This document shows positions 61,583-64,000 of a stretch of DNA of 64,000 nucleotides, piece after piece. Position numbers and translations under genes: made by a program. The stretch is from Ginglymostoma cirratum (Eukaryota): the NCBI GenBank assembly GCA_024137785.1, contig JAHRHZ010000144.1:15961819-16025818 (forward strand). The letters run 5' to 3'. Each line of letters starts with the position of its first letter. The first letter of the stretch is position 1. Under the pieces are notes generated by a model. That model was not told where the DNA came from. It saw only the letters and a list, made by a program, of their open reading frames with translations, and ran no database searches.

Positions 61583-63654
61583 CAGTGGTGCTTAAAGCAT
61601 AAAATAGTCATTGGTCATCATGCCAGCATTTGGTTTGCATTTTGGAGGTGATCTTTAATCTCTGTTGATTTATTTGTATTCCCTTTCGCTGGCTCTAAAT
61701 AAAGGCTTTGGAATTGTCTGATTGCTTGCCTGTATGTAATGTTCCCCTACTGGCCAATGCAAAGCTTTCAGTCCACATTCGGGCAATGGCGACAAGATTC
61801 ATGGTGACTGAGACAGGGTGTTCACACAGGATGTAGCTAAGGAGAGCTAAAGTGTCTGGCTTGGTGGTGAATCAGTGGCTGGGGTGAAAGACTGGGGCTG
61901 TATGTGCAAGGGTCACATGCGTGGGCAGTGTGGCTTGTGACTGTTGTGCCAGTGAGGCACAACACTGGACTGCCAACTGTCGTCTGGAAGCACAGCAGCC
62001 TTTCAAAGATGATCCAGGCGCAAAAGATGCCAGTCTTTTGGCAGATACATTCTGAATGCAGCTTGCTGTGAAAACAGCGCGTGGTAACACAGGGATAGAA
62101 TGGCTTGTGACTGACATGAAAGTGTTAGATAGGTGAGCTTCTTAGGATAAGGCAAAAAACTTGCAATAAAAAGCCCTCATTTTGCACTCGGCCAAAAAAT
62201 ATTAGGATACTGCCCAAAGTTTCTTTCTTTTCCTTTCCTGCATACTTTCTGTTCACGTATTTGCAGCTTTCTATTCCTGTCTGGGGACCTCATTTCATTC
62301 ACATCACTTGACTCTGCTCTCTCAACTTCAGTGACTATATCAGATCTGAATTTTGGCTTCGACTGTCAATCCTACTAGTGATTGTTTTGTCATAATTAAA
62401 GACCCTGGCTTACATTATTCTATCGGTGGATTCTTTGATGTTGGCACTTTCTTTCTGACTTCCACTTATGCACTGTAGGTGGAATTTGGATGATGAGAAG
62501 GTTACCATGTTCTCCCTTTAGTCATATTTCTACTTTCCAGCAAATGATCAACAAAATAGACAAAGTTTCGGTCCAATCTTTACTATGTATGTGAACACAC
62601 CTATTCCCTTTGCAACGACTCCAAGCAAATACTTTTTATCACCTTATGGATTTTCATCACAATCTTCTGACTGGCTCTGGACTCCCTTACGTTTCAATCG
62701 TCCTCAACCTGTTTTGTTTTTCTCTTGCTTTGCTATTGACATCTTTTCAAGAGCAACAGAAGTAGGCAATAGATGCTGTGCTTTGCACTGACTCTCTTTT
62801 ACCGTTAAAGATGAAAATAAATCGTCAGTCTTAAGCCAACTAAACCATATCCACTCAGCATGTTTAAGCGCTCACTTGACAACTAAGCAACCTGTCGTGG
62901 ACTTTTTCAGTTATCCTGTAAGAGAACAGAAAATTGTCTAGCTTGTGTCGGAGAGAAACATAGAAATTACTGCCTGACTTGACATTTAGCAAATGTATCT
63001 GAAGTGATCTTTTCACAATCTGTGCACTTCTTTCAGCAGCGCCACCCCTAACTGACCATAAGAAGGTTGGTAAGATAAAAAGATAAAATTGCAAGGGTTA
63101 TACTGGAATATGCTGAGTTTGAGTTCCTCTCCTAGCTTTAAGTGGAATACAAATATATTCTTATCTTGTTTAGTAAAGGTAACTTCTCTTGCACTTGAGT
63201 TGATGCATAAATTGAAAAATGCCATAATTGTACTTTATGCAATGAATTGTTTTGCTGTACTTATAGATATTCTATGAATAACGCATATCGTAACCACCAA
63301 AAAGAAGCTTTTGTGTGGATTATGTAGCAGTTATTGCCAGCGTGAACTCAATGGGCTGAAGGGCCTTTTCTGTACTGTATGACTCTATGATTGCGCCTCT
63401 TTGCTTATAAGGGGACCTTATTTGACTCTCTCTGGGACTCATTAAACCACACCCCCTGCCCACTCTCAGTTTCAGACCACTCCCGCATCCACAATCAAAG
63501 AGGCACAGTGCTATGCTGATGTGACCTCTGCAGCCCACCAGCAATATTCAGACACGGCGAGCATCTGAAAACAGTTTGGGACGGTATGGCCAGCTCATGA
63601 AGCAGGTACCCATGTAGATGGAATTCAGAAAGTTCAAAGGAAGCTTTGAAGGTG

Positions 63655-63772
63655 AGAAGGACTGCAGACTCTGGAAGCCAGAGTCAATAGGTGTGAGGCT
63701 GGTAAAGCACAGCAGGTCAGACAGCATCAGGGGAACAGGAAAATCAACGTTTCGGGCCGCAACCCTTCACAA
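63655..63772 (-). mobile_element. Single arm of a family 1-related Penelope-derived element
   Basis: actgcagactctgga...cacagcaggtcagacagcatc...acgtttcggg...cccttc. Confidence 0.6.
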
Positions 63773-64000
63773 GGACTGGAACTGTTTTGAAATCTGTCTT
63801 CTCCATTGCAGTGTAGGAAAGCTGATGATTTGAATCAAATGGTCAAAGTGCATAAACCATTTAAACCATCAAACTGTTGATAATTTGCAATGAAAGGTTG
63901 CTCCTCAGTTGAACAGGTTTGTGCCATTTTAAAACCAGGTGTTATTCGAATGCATTAGTTATACTGCACCAACATTATTTTAGCCCCACTGACAGGTTTT

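Overview
This is vertebrate nuclear DNA, most likely from a shark or other cartilaginous fish (inferred from the CR1, L2, V-SINE/HE1-like, DeuSINE-like and Penelope repeat content). It is repeat-dominated, has N-gaps at 404-803 and 5125-6146, and contains no host protein-coding gene I can recognise. The main feature is a ~7.2 kb defective class I (epsilon/gamma-like) endogenous retrovirus at 8581-15747. It has two ~98% identical LTRs, a CTGT target-site duplication (TSD), a tRNA-Ser-like primer-binding site (PBS), gag, an in-frame amber gag-pol junction, protease, RT, a deletion removing RNase H and integrase, a gamma-type env and a polypurine tract (PPT). Between protease and RT the pol region carries an extra ~150-aa domain with two HxT motifs (LHCT...PHVT) that looks like a CNPase-like 2H phosphoesterase; this is the most interesting signal in the window. 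The provirus sits inside a Penelope-like retroelement. Many short, often palindromic Penelope-derived inserts with 10-17 bp TSDs are scattered through the window, several carrying minimal hammerhead-ribozyme-like cores. A near full-length CR1 LINE (esterase ORF1, APE-RT ORF2) splits a decayed Harbinger transposase at 55.8-61.2 kb. All coordinates, alignments and family names were read by eye; no database searches were run.
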